This document shows, piece by piece, positions 1 to 9,015 of a DNA stretch of 64,000 nt. Position numbers and translations under genes: made by a program. This DNA comes from Gemmatimonas sp. (lineage in GTDB: Bacteria > Gemmatimonadota > Gemmatimonadetes > Gemmatimonadales > Gemmatimonadaceae). The stretch spans positions 5,152,001 through 5,216,000 of the forward strand of contig OZ257156.1 of NCBI GenBank assembly GCA_965279375.1, given 5' to 3'. Each line of letters opens with the position of its first letter. The stretch's first letter is position 1. The notes beneath the pieces were generated by a model. The model was not told where the DNA came from, searched no databases, and saw nothing but the letters and a program-made list of their open reading frames with translations.

Positions 1-455
1 AGCGTCACCGACTGCGCGCGGCTGATGATCGTCGAGTCCACCGACGCGATGCTGGTGCCGACCTTACGCTTCTCCGTCGGCGCCGCCGATCCGGTGACGA
101 TGACTTCGCTCAGATTCACTGCGCTGACGCGCAGCCCAAAGTCCAAAACAGCCGTCGCGCCCGCGGTCACCGTCACCGGCAGCACCAGCGGCGAATAGCC
201 GATGCGCCGCACGCTGATGGCGCGCGGGCCAGCCGGCACCCCGGCGATCACATACTCACCGTTTGTGCCGCTGATCGCTCCCACGCGGGTGCCGGAGACC
301 GTCACCTGCGCCTCTGCCAACCCTCGCCCGTTCGCGGCGTCGGTCACCTTGCCGCGCACCGTTCCGGTTCCTGCCTGTGCCGCCAGCATCGCCAGCGGCG
401 CGAAGAGCGCGATCGCGAGTGCCATCGCGCCGCGCCGCACCTGTCGAAAAATCAT
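1..455 (-). CDS. SusC/RagA-like TonB-dependent receptor, N-terminal part (runs off the window's left edge)
   Basis: Manual translation, absent from the ORF track: MIFRQVRRGAMALAIALFAPLAMLAAQAGTGTVRGKVTDAANGRGLAEAQV...RRIGY...LSEVIVTG...GTSIASV. Signal peptide, carboxypeptidase-regulatory-like domain, EVIVTG and start of the plug. GGAG upstream of the ATG. Confidence 0.85.
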   Translation of the reverse strand, partial: MIFRQVRRGAMALAIALFAPLAMLAAQAGTGTVRGKVTDAANGRGLAEAQVTVSGTRVGAISGTNGEYVIAGVPAGPRAISVRRIGYSPLVLPVTVTAGATAVLDFGLRVSAVNLSEVIVTGSAAPTEKRKVGTSIASVDSTIISRAQSVT

Positions 456-671
456 CCGTGAGCTCCAAGTCTGCGTGTCCACCACAGGCTGACAGGCATG
501 GCAGCCGTGGTCCTGCAAGGTCGCGTCGTGCGTGACATATAGCGGGAGGGGCTGCGTTGATCCACCCGCACCAGAGGACTCTTGTCGAGGAACTAGCCAA
601 AGACCCCGCCGAGGCGGATACTCCCATGCTGCACAAACAATACTGCTCGCTCCTCGCACCTCCGACTGCTC

Positions 672-2981
672 ATGTTCCTCCCATCGAACGGATCGGACAC
701 GCCGATACCGGTTGGCGTGGTGCGCGGTGTCGGCTACGACATTCGCGAGGCCGACGACGTCTGTTTGAGCATCCTCGGCTACTCGCGCGAGGAATTCGCA
801 CGCGGAGGGATTAATTGGCGGGAGATCACGCCCGCCGAGTACCTGCCCCTCGACGACGCCGCCTTTCGACAGCTCATGGGCGTCGGCGGGTTTACGACAC
901 CATGGCAGAAGGAGTACATCCGCAAGGATGGCGCGCGCGTGCCTGTCCTGATGGTGGGAGCACGCGAGCCTGAGTCCACCGATCACTGGATCGGCTTCGT
1001 CGTTGATCTGACATGCCCAGCGGTGCCCCGCGACCATGCCGTCGACTCCGCCGCGAAAGACGACAGGTCGCTGACCTTCCGGCTGGTGGGTGAACTGGTG
1101 CGTGAACGGCAGCGCATGCTCGCGATGCTCGACAGCACGGAAGATCTGATCTGGTCCACCGATCGGGAATTCCGGCTGATCGGCTTCAATCGCGCGTTTC
1201 AGGAACGAGTCCGCGCCGTCGGCGGCCGTGCGCTCGGCATCGGCGATCCGCTCATGGATGCCTCCTTCCCGGCCGACCAGCGCGCGATCTGGTCGCAGTG
1301 GTACGCACGTGCAATCGCCGGCGAGCGATTCAGTGCGCGCGATGAGTTCACGCTCGATGGACGTACCCGGTTCAACGAGTACCGCATTGCGCCCATCAAT
1401 CTGCAGGACGAAGGAATCGTCGGCGCGAGTATCGTCGGCTCCGACACCACGGCTCGTCATCTGGCGGAATCCGCCCTCCGCGTCAGCGAAGCGCGCTTTC
1501 GCACGCTCACCAATGCGTCCCCGCTCGGCATCTTCATCACCGACCTGGACGGCGCCTGCGTGTACTGCAATCCCAAGCTCGCGGAGATCTTCGGCACCGC
1601 TGCCGCCGATCTCCTCGGAAGCGGCTACACCGAACGCATGCACCCCGACGACCGGGACGGCGTGCTCGCCGAGTGCGGTATCGCCATGCAGGCCGGCCTC
1701 GGCTTCGATGCAGACTACCGTGTGCTGCGCCCCGATGGCGTCGAACGTCATGTGCGCATCTGGACCACGCCGATCCACAACGGTGGGCAGCTCGAAGGCT
1801 TCGCCGGCACCGTCGAGGACGACACGGAAAAGCGCGCGCTCGCCGAACGACTCGGACAGCGCGAACGAATGGAATCGCTCGGTACCCTCGCTGGTGGTGT
1901 GGCGCACGACTTCAACAACATGCTGGGGATCGTCCTCGGTCACACCGAGCTCGCCATCGCGGAACTGGAAGAGGGCGGGGGCGCTCATGGCGCTGAGATC
2001 GGCGAGCATCTGCGCGAGATTCAAACGGCGAGTTCGCGCGCGCGCGATCTCGTCCAGCAAATCCTCTCGTTCAGTCGGCGCGCCGAACGAGACATCGCGC
2101 CGGTAGACCTGGGCGTTCTCGTCACGGAGAGCATGCGCTTGCTGCGCAGCGCGTTCCCCGTCTCCGTGGAAATGGCGTGGCAAGTCCCGCCCACACCCGT
2201 CATGGTGCTTGGCGATGCCACCGCGCTGCAGCAGGTGATCGTCAACCTCTGCACCAACGCCGAACACGCGATGCGGGCGAAGGGTGGCGGCGTCCTTTCG
2301 CTCCGCCTCGAAACCGACGGATCAGGCGACACGGGTGCAGCGCGACTGACTGTCTCCGACACAGGCACCGGGATGACGGCCGCCGTGCGTGCGCGTGCCT
2401 TCGAGCCGTTCTTCACGACCAAGGCCGTGGGCGAAGGAACGGGCATGGGACTCGCCGTGGTGCACGGGCTCGTGGAGAGCTACGGTGGCGGCCTCTCGCT
2501 CGAGAGCGTGGAGAACGAGGGCACCACCGTACGGGTCGCCTTGCCTCTCACCGCGCAGCCGACCCGCGCCCTCGCACCTGAGGCGCCCGAAGCGGGCGGC
2601 GTGGGCGAGGTGCTGCTCGTCGAGGACGAACCGGCGCTGGCCCGGTTTGCAGCACGTGCGCTGCAGCGCGCGGGATACGTCGTCACCATTTGCGAAGATG
2701 GCACCTCGGCGCTCGCACGATTCAGAGAATCGCCGGAACGATTCGACATCGTCCTCACCGACCTGACGATGCCCGGCATGTCGGGCGCCCAACTGGCGAC
2801 AGAATTCAAGCGCGCGCGACCCGACCTGCCCATCATCCTGATGTCCGGCTACAGCGCATCGCTCACGTCGCGGAACATGCACGAATTCGGCGTCGAGCTG
2901 TTGCTGCAAAAGCCTTTCAAGGCCGTCGACTTGCTCAGCGGCGTGGCCTCGATACTCCGCACGCGTCGGACGCTGGTGTAG
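672..2981 (+). CDS. PAS-domain hybrid sensor histidine kinase / response regulator
   Basis: Three PAS/PAC-like regions, H-box AHDFNN, N-box NLCTNAEHAM, DTGTGM / FFTTK / GTGMGL, C-terminal REC (LLVEDE, DLTMP). Confidence 0.93.
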   Translation: MFLPSNGSDTPIPVGVVRGVGYDIREADDVCLSILGYSREEFARGGINWREITPAEYLPLDDAAFRQLMGVGGFTTPWQKEYIRKDGARVPVLMVGAREPESTDHWIGFVVDLTCPAVPRDHAVDSAAKDDRSLTFRLVGELVRERQRMLAMLDSTEDLIWSTDREFRLIGFNRAFQERVRAVGGRALGIGDPLMDASFPADQRAIWSQWYARAIAGERFSARDEFTLDGRTRFNEYRIAPINLQDEGIVGASIVGSDTTARHLAESALRVSEARFRTLTNASPLGIFITDLDGACVYCNPKLAEIFGTAAADLLGSGYTERMHPDDRDGVLAECGIAMQAGLGFDADYRVLRPDGVERHVRIWTTPIHNGGQLEGFAGTVEDDTEKRALAERLGQRERMESLGTLAGGVAHDFNNMLGIVLGHTELAIAELEEGGGAHGAEIGEHLREIQTASSRARDLVQQILSFSRRAERDIAPVDLGVLVTESMRLLRSAFPVSVEMAWQVPPTPVMVLGDATALQQVIVNLCTNAEHAMRAKGGGVLSLRLETDGSGDTGAARLTVSDTGTGMTAAVRARAFEPFFTTKAVGEGTGMGLAVVHGLVESYGGGLSLESVENEGTTVRVALPLTAQPTRALAPEAPEAGGVGEVLLVEDEPALARFAARALQRAGYVVTICEDGTSALARFRESPERFDIVLTDLTMPGMSGAQLATEFKRARPDLPIILMSGYSASLTSRNMHEFGVELLLQKPFKAVDLLSGVASILRTRRTLV

Positions 2982-3040
2982 ACACACCGCGCTCTGGCCG
3001 GCGGGCCGCGGCGCGGCTCGACGTGGAACGGCGCGCGCAA

Positions 3041-3886
3041 TCAAGGCGCGACCTGCCGGCGGTACGCGCTCGGCGTCGTCCGAAACGCACGACGGAACGC
3101 CGTCGCCAGATGACTCTGATCCACGAACCCGCAGCTGATCGCGATATCGGCGATCGGGCGACGCGTTTCGCGCAGCAATGTCGCGGCGTGCTCGACGCGT
3201 CGCTGTCGCACGTAGTCTCCCGGCAATTTGCCCGTGTACTGTCGGAAGACGCGTGCGAGATGCACGGGATGCACGCCGGCCTCTCGCGCCACCTCGCCCA
3301 TGCGGACGTCGGAGCCCAGGGAGTCATCCAAGTGTCCACGTGCGCGAGCCAACCACGCCGGTGCACAACGCGATGCCACGGCGCGCGGCAATGTCACAGC
3401 GTCCAGCAAGCCGAGCGCCAGCGATTCACGTTGCAGGACGCCGTCACCGTGCCCGTGTGCGCATGCATCCGCCAACCGTCCCGCGATCACACGGGCATCT
3501 GCCGCGGCGACCGTGACGGCACGCGATGGAAGGTGTGTGGCGGCGTCCTTCGCGGCGTCCACCAGCTCCGAGCCGATCGAAAGCGTCAGGAATCGCCCCG
3601 ATATCACGCGGTCGCGTGCATCGAATCGGTCGCGATGCGTGGTACCGGCAGGATTGAAAATCAGTGTCGGCCCCGCGCTGACCGGCGGCGCGTTCTCCGC
3701 GCTCGAGATGTAGAGACCGTCGAGCACGAACACGAAATGCGCCTCGTCGTGCGAGTGCCGCTCGACGACGCGATGCGGATCGACATCGAGCAGCGCGATC
3801 TCGAGTCCCTGCCCCCGAATTCGCCGATCGACGGTGCCGTAAAAGGCCCCGAACGGCAGCGTCACATTTGCACCAACGTTCAGCAT
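3041..3886 (-). CDS. AraC-family transcriptional regulator
   Basis: Cupin-like HSHDEAHFVFV and C-terminal HTH (GVHPVHLARVF...GFVDQSHLATAFRR). Start moved to MLNVG from the longer track ORF. Confidence 0.9.
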   Translation of the reverse strand: MLNVGANVTLPFGAFYGTVDRRIRGQGLEIALLDVDPHRVVERHSHDEAHFVFVLDGLYISSAENAPPVSAGPTLIFNPAGTTHRDRFDARDRVISGRFLTLSIGSELVDAAKDAATHLPSRAVTVAAADARVIAGRLADACAHGHGDGVLQRESLALGLLDAVTLPRAVASRCAPAWLARARGHLDDSLGSDVRMGEVAREAGVHPVHLARVFRQYTGKLPGDYVRQRRVEHAATLLRETRRPIADIAISCGFVDQSHLATAFRRAFRTTPSAYRRQVAP

Positions 3887-4006
3887 GGCGGAGGAGCGGC
3901 CTCGGGGGGATTGGATCGCATCGTCTTGTCGGTGCAATGCGCGGCAGGCGGATGTTGCGTGGATACAAGACGGTGGCCGTCGCAATCGCGAGATTGACGC
4001 GGACAC

Positions 4007-5737
4007 ATGTCTATCACGAGAGGAATGTCGATGAAGTTTCGAATCTGGTCTCGCCTTCGCGCACCACTGGCCGCACTCGGCCTGTTGCTCGTGAGCGGCC
4101 ACGCGGCGTCGGCACAGACGCCCCGAGCAGGAGACGATCTGCTCGGACTCTGGGGTGCCGAACCGATGCTCGGGCCACAGCTGCGCGGCGAACTGTTGCT
4201 CGACCGGACGGGACGCCTCTGGACTATGCGCCTCGGCGGATTCGAAGCGCGAGCCACGCAGTCGGGGGACAGTGTGAGCCTCAGGCTTCCGGGCGGACAG
4301 GGGGCGCTGCGGCTCTGGGTGGCACCGGCCACGACCGAGGCGTACTGGGTCCAACCTGCGGGGCCTGATCAGGAGTACGCGTCTCCGGTGCGTCTCGTCG
4401 CCCTGGGCACCGACGCGTGGCGAGGCACCGTCGCTCCTATCGACGCGCGATTTCCGCTGTACCTCGCCATCTCACGTTCCTCCGACGGCGAACTACGTGG
4501 CGTCTTTCGCAACCCAGCGCAGAATTGGCCCGGCCGCGTCGCGTACTATGTCGTGGCGCGTGATGGCGACGCCGTGACGTTCACGCACCCGAAGACGGGC
4601 AAGGTGCAATACCGGCAGCCGTACGATTCGACACGCCGCAACATCACGTTCGACTTCGATGCCCCGATCGTGCTCACACCAAGAAGTCTCGAGCAGGCTG
4701 TCGGATTCGCGACTCGCTCGCCATCCCTGCCGCCGTACGAGTACCGCCGTCCCCTGGACATTGGCGATGGATGGACGGTGAGTCGGCCCGAGGCCGTCGC
4801 GATGGACGCGCGCGCACTGCAGGCGACCGTCCGCGCGCTTGGCGCGGTAGACCCATTGAGTGACTCCCTGCCACGCGTCCATTCGCTGCTCGTCGCGCGG
4901 CGCGGACAGCTGGTGCTCGAGGAATACTTCCGTGGCTTCGCGCAGGACCAGCCACACGACTTGCGCTCTGCTTCCAAGACCATGACGTCGATAATGGTGG
5001 GCGCCGCGCAGCAGAACGGCGCGGCAATCTCCAGCCGGACCACGCTCCCCAACTCGCCGATCACGCTCGGCCACCTGCTCTCGCACAGCTCCGGACTCGC
5101 CTGCGACGACGATGACGACGCCTCGCCGGGCCACGAAGACACGATGCAATCGCAGCAGCTGCAGCGCGACTGGTACGCCTTCTTCATGGCATTGCCGAAG
5201 CGCCACGAGCCCGGAAGTACATACGCCTACTGCTCCGCCGGCATCAACATCGTCGGTCAGTTGCTCGGTCGCGCCACACATCGCTGGCTACCGCGCCTCT
5301 TCGAGATGCAACTGGCTCGGCCAATGCAGTTCGCGTCGTACGGCATCAACCTCATGCCCACCGGCGAGGCGTACTCGGGCGGCGGCATGCATCTGCGGCC
5401 GCGCGACTTCCTCAAGTTCGGCCCGCTCTATCTCGACGGTGGTGTCTGGCGCGGCAAGCGATTGGTCAGCGCTGCATGGGTGCGCGAGTCTATCGCGCAT
5501 CGCATCGATCGTCCTGATGGCTCCGACGACGGGCTCGGCTGGCACCGACACGTGCTCGACGTGAACGGGCATCGCTATCAGAGCTACGAGGCCAGCGGCA
5601 ACGGCGGGCAGTTTCTGGTCGCCGTGCCGGAGCTGCAACTCAGCATCGTCGTCACGGCAGGCAACTACGGACAGTTCCAAGCCTGGCGGAAGATCCGCGA
5701 GGATCTCGTCCCAGCAGTGATCCGCTCGGCCCGTTAA
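4007..5737 (+). CDS. Secreted serine hydrolase (beta-lactamase/AmpC/NylB-like family)
   Basis: Signal peptide, SASK (SxxK), HLLSHSSGL, YCS, RDFLKFG and ASGNGGQ motifs. True start may be 4031. Confidence 0.88.
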   Translation: MSITRGMSMKFRIWSRLRAPLAALGLLLVSGHAASAQTPRAGDDLLGLWGAEPMLGPQLRGELLLDRTGRLWTMRLGGFEARATQSGDSVSLRLPGGQGALRLWVAPATTEAYWVQPAGPDQEYASPVRLVALGTDAWRGTVAPIDARFPLYLAISRSSDGELRGVFRNPAQNWPGRVAYYVVARDGDAVTFTHPKTGKVQYRQPYDSTRRNITFDFDAPIVLTPRSLEQAVGFATRSPSLPPYEYRRPLDIGDGWTVSRPEAVAMDARALQATVRALGAVDPLSDSLPRVHSLLVARRGQLVLEEYFRGFAQDQPHDLRSASKTMTSIMVGAAQQNGAAISSRTTLPNSPITLGHLLSHSSGLACDDDDDASPGHEDTMQSQQLQRDWYAFFMALPKRHEPGSTYAYCSAGINIVGQLLGRATHRWLPRLFEMQLARPMQFASYGINLMPTGEAYSGGGMHLRPRDFLKFGPLYLDGGVWRGKRLVSAAWVRESIAHRIDRPDGSDDGLGWHRHVLDVNGHRYQSYEASGNGGQFLVAVPELQLSIVVTAGNYGQFQAWRKIREDLVPAVIRSAR

Positions 5738-6462
5738 CGACGCGTTTCGCAGTGCAACAGCAGCGACAGCGGCCGCCGCGTCTCCGGATGCAGCGGCTCG
5801 TCGAGCTGACGAATGATCAGCCCCGCTTCGTCGAGTTCACGATGCCACGAGCCGAGCGTGCGGAAGTACCAGGGCATCGCCGAGGGAAAGGCGACGCCGA
5901 AGCCCTGGAACTGCTCCTCCCGCCAACCGCACTCGTACGGGCCGTCCCCCATCGCCGGCCACGGGTGCACCGTCTGAATCAGCAAGCGTCCTGCAGTCGA
6001 TAGCCGACGAGCGAGCGCGCCAAGCAGCGGGCTGAGCGGATCGCCCAAGAGTGCGAAGTTGCAGATGATCACGTCCCACGGCCCTGCTGCTGCGTCGGCG
6101 TCGGCAATGAGCCGCTCGTAGCTCACCACCTCGAAAAGCACGCCGGGGACGTTGAGCCGCTGCGCCTCGTCGATCAGCCCCGCACTGCCATCGATCCCCA
6201 CGATCTCTCGCGACTCGGCCGCCATCGCGCGTGAGAGCCATCCCTCACCGCAACCGACGTCCAGAACGCGCACAGGTGTTCGCGACGACGACAGCGACGT
6301 CGACAGCGCCTCGCAGGCGGAGAGAATGGCCGCGTCCGTTCCAGCGCGCCGACTTGGAATTTTCTGCTCGCGAACCGCGGTGGTCCACGCGCTCGCGTTC
6401 GCATCCCAGCTCGACTTGAGGCGCTCGTCCACGGGCGAGGGCGATGAGGAAGAGTGAGTCAT
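5734..6462 (-). CDS. Class I SAM-dependent methyltransferase
   Basis: VLDVGCGEGW motif I, GIDGS, WDVIICNFAL. Start taken at MTHSS. Confidence 0.88.
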   Translation of the reverse strand: MTHSSSSPSPVDERLKSSWDANASAWTTAVREQKIPSRRAGTDAAILSACEALSTSLSSSRTPVRVLDVGCGEGWLSRAMAAESREIVGIDGSAGLIDEAQRLNVPGVLFEVVSYERLIADADAAAGPWDVIICNFALLGDPLSPLLGALARRLSTAGRLLIQTVHPWPAMGDGPYECGWREEQFQGFGVAFPSAMPWYFRTLGSWHRELDEAGLIIRQLDEPLHPETRRPLSLLLHCETRR

Positions 6463-6557
6463 GCGCCAACCTGCCACGCGATGGCGCCGATCGGCAAGAG
6501 GCGCGTGCCCTTCGCAGCTACGGATGAACCCGCCCGTACCGCGTGATAGCTTTCGGC

Positions 6558-6998
6558 ATGCAGCCAACCGATCGAATCAGTGCCATTGCCCATGTCATTC
6601 AAGTCGCGATCGCGCCGGTCTTTCTCCTGACCGGTATTGCCTCGTTGCTGGTGGTGCTCACCAATCGGCTCGGGCGCATCATCGATCGCGCACGGCTCCT
6701 CGAAGGACACCATCACAGCGCCACCGGCGAGTTCCGCGTGTCGATCGGTGCCGACCTGCGCATGCTCTCACGCCGCTCTCGGCTCATCAATTTCGGCATC
6801 AGCCTGTTCACCATCGCCGCGCTGCTCGTGTGCGTGGTGATCGCTGTGCTGTTCGTGAGCGCATTCTTCGACACCGACGTCTCACGTCTCGTCGCGTCCT
6901 TGTTCGTGCTGGCCATGATTGCGCTCATCACCGGACTGGTCAGCTTCCTGCGCGAAGTGCAACTCGCCACCGCCTCGCTGCGCATCGGACCGCACTGA
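6558..6998 (+). CDS. DUF2721-like membrane protein
   Basis: IQVAIAPVFLLTGI...TNRLGRIIDRAR signature, three hydrophobic helices, FLREV near the C-terminus. Confidence 0.8.
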   Translation: MQPTDRISAIAHVIQVAIAPVFLLTGIASLLVVLTNRLGRIIDRARLLEGHHHSATGEFRVSIGADLRMLSRRSRLINFGISLFTIAALLVCVVIAVLFVSAFFDTDVSRLVASLFVLAMIALITGLVSFLREVQLATASLRIGPH

Positions 6999-7044
6999 AC
7001 CATTGGCTCCATCCCCGTCGTCTCGCACGAAAACCTGCGGAGAC

Positions 7045-7072
7045 TTGACGCATCAAGATTTATTGATATTAT
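7045..7072 (+). promoter_or_regulatory. Sigma70-like promoter of arsR with an overlapping ArsR-type operator (ATCAA-N6-TTGAT, 7052-7067)
   Basis: TTGACG (7045-7050), 16 nt, TATTAT (7067-7072). The spacer holds ATCAAGATTTATTGAT. AT-rich island in GC-rich DNA. Confidence 0.75.
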
Positions 7073-7077
7073 TAATC

Positions 7078-7413
7078 ATGCCCACCAAGACCGCCGACCT
7101 CTCCGCCGCTGTGCGACTCTTCCACGCGCTCTCCGACGAGACGCGACTGGGGATCGTGCTGATGCTGCAGGACGGCGAGCAGTGTGTGTGCGATCTGCAG
7201 GACGCGCTCGGCGCGGCTCAGAGCCGACTGTCGTTTCACCTGCGCGTGCTGCGCGAGGCCGGGCTGGTGACTGACCGCCGTGAAGGTCGTTGGTCGTACT
7301 ACACGTTGGTACACGGTGCCTTCGCCGAAGCGCACGACATCGTGCGCGCGCTCGCCCCCGAGACACCGGGTCGTCGCGCCAAGCTTCCACAGTTCGGTAG
7401 CTGCTGCCGTTAG
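7078..7413 (+). CDS. arsR: ArsR/SmtB-family As(III)-responsive repressor
   Basis: FHALSDETRL, EQCVCDL alpha3 site, QSRLSFHLRVLREAGLV, RREGRWSYY, C-terminal CC pair. Confidence 0.9.
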   Translation: MPTKTADLSAAVRLFHALSDETRLGIVLMLQDGEQCVCDLQDALGAAQSRLSFHLRVLREAGLVTDRREGRWSYYTLVHGAFAEAHDIVRALAPETPGRRAKLPQFGSCCR

Positions 7414-7450
7414 CACCCGAAGTATGCAGGGAAGTCGTTGCAGTCTTTAT

Positions 7451-7466
7451 ATCAACATTTTTTGAT
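7451..7466 (+). promoter_or_regulatory. Second ArsR-type operator (ATCAA-N6-TTGAT)
   Basis: ATCAACATTTTTTGAT, same geometry as 7052-7067, just upstream of the GGAGG RBS of the Cys-rich ORF. Confidence 0.75.
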
Positions 7467-7479
7467 GTACGGAGGTACG

Positions 7480-7677
7480 ATGACTAGCTTGGAAGTCACG
7501 GCGCCCGTAGCCGATTCGGTGAACGATTCGACGCGACGCACAGAGCAGACCCAGACGGACAGTGTTGCCGCAACGTCGTGCTGCGCCACGAGCTGCTGCG
7601 GCGGCACGTCGGACGCAGCCGCGGCCGATCGTCCAACAGCCACCCTCACCATCAGCAGCAAGACGGAGGCGCTATGA
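7480..7677 (+). CDS. Small Cys-rich protein (65 aa, SCCATSCCGG), possibly metalloid-binding
   Basis: GGAGG at 7471-7475, ATG at 7480, stop overlaps the arsM start (ATGA). Confidence 0.6.
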   Translation: MTSLEVTAPVADSVNDSTRRTEQTQTDSVAATSCCATSCCGGTSDAAAADRPTATLTISSKTEAL

Positions 7678-8528
7678 GCAGCACCGAACTCACGTCGCTC
7701 GTGCGGGAAAAGTACGGCGACGCCGCCCGGCGTGTCCTCGCGTCGGTCGATGGCGCCACATCCGATGCGTCGTGCTGCGGACCGGCCAACAGCTGCTGCG
7801 GCGGCGCGGCGTTCAACGGCTCCGTCGATCCGATCACGTCCAATCTCTACATCAACGGCGAGGCTGCCGAGTTGCCGTCCGCCGCAATGCTCGCGTCGCT
7901 CGGCTGCGGGAATCCAACAGCGCTGGCCGAACTCACCGAGGGGCAAGTAGTGCTCGATCTGGGATCGGGCGGCGGCATCGACGTGCTGCTGTCCGCGCGC
8001 CGCGTTGGCGCAACGGGCAAGGCCTACGGACTCGACATGACTGACGACATGCTCGCGCTCGCGCGCAAGAACGCAGCCGAGGCGGGTGTGACAAACGTGG
8101 AGTTTCTGAAGGGACAGATCGAACAGATTCCGCTGCCAGACGCGTCTGTGGATGTGATCATCTCCAACTGCGTGATCAATCTCTCCGGCGACAAGAGCCG
8201 AGTCTTTTCCGAGGCGTTTCGCGTCCTCAAGCCCGGTGGACGATTGGCGGTCAGCGATGTCGTCGTGCGCGGTGCCGTGCCGGCGGCCGTGCGTCGCAGC
8301 ATGGAGCTGTGGGTGGGCTGCGTGGCCGGTGCGCTCGAAGAGGCGGAGTTCCATTCGCACCTCTTCGCCGCAGGCTTCACCGACGTGGACATCGAGCCGA
8401 CGCGCTTCTACAAGAGCGACGATGCGCGCCAGTTCCTCGTCGAGGCCGGGATCGACGTGGATGCGCACCTCGAAGAGATCGATGGCAAATTCATGGCGGC
8501 ATTCGTCCGCGCCACCAAGCCCGTCTGA
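7674..8528 (+). CDS. arsM: Arsenite S-adenosylmethyltransferase
   Basis: SCCG N-terminus, SLGCGNP, LDLGSGGGID, IISNCVINLS and WVGCVAGAL conserved Cys motifs; GGAGG RBS. Confidence 0.95.
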   Translation: MSSTELTSLVREKYGDAARRVLASVDGATSDASCCGPANSCCGGAAFNGSVDPITSNLYINGEAAELPSAAMLASLGCGNPTALAELTEGQVVLDLGSGGGIDVLLSARRVGATGKAYGLDMTDDMLALARKNAAEAGVTNVEFLKGQIEQIPLPDASVDVIISNCVINLSGDKSRVFSEAFRVLKPGGRLAVSDVVVRGAVPAAVRRSMELWVGCVAGALEEAEFHSHLFAAGFTDVDIEPTRFYKSDDARQFLVEAGIDVDAHLEEIDGKFMAAFVRATKPV

Positions 8529-8560
8529 CCGCAGTCGTCCTACCACCTCACGCTGGCCAC

Positions 8561-9001
8561 ATGCTACCCAAACTCTTCGACCATCTGCGCTGGGCAGACG
8601 CGCGTACGCTGACCTCGCTGCGCGCGATGCGTGAGGCTCCTCCGCAGGCGATGGATCTGTTCGCTCACCTGCTCGCGGCGCAACACGTCTGGTTGCGACG
8701 TATCGAAGCGGCGCCAACGGCGTACGAAGTGTTCCCCAGGCTTTCCCTCGACGAGATCGAGCGGCTGATGCACGCCAACCACGCGGAGTTCGATCGCATC
8801 GCGCAGGCCAGCGCGTCGGAGCTCGACCGCGTGGTGCACTACTCCAACAGCAGCGGAAACAGCTTTGAGATGCCGGTGCGTGACATCCTGCTGCACGTCA
8901 CGCACCACTCGATGTATCACCGCGGACAGGTCGCGCTCATCGTTCGCGCCGCGGGTGGAACACCCGTGGGAACGGACCTGATCGTCTTCCTGCGCGAGTA
9001 A
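8561..9001 (+). CDS. DinB-family protein
   Basis: HLRWAD, HLLAAQHVWLRRI, HVTHHSMYHRGQV and TDLI signature. Confidence 0.88.
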   Translation: MLPKLFDHLRWADARTLTSLRAMREAPPQAMDLFAHLLAAQHVWLRRIEAAPTAYEVFPRLSLDEIERLMHANHAEFDRIAQASASELDRVVHYSNSSGNSFEMPVRDILLHVTHHSMYHRGQVALIVRAAGGTPVGTDLIVFLRE

Positions 9002-9015
9002 TCGGTCGCGCGCGG

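Noticed and set aside
4007..5737. Bona fide class C beta-lactamase resistance gene
   Set aside because: YCS and ASG replace the YxN and KTG motifs, which fits an esterase/amidase subfamily better.
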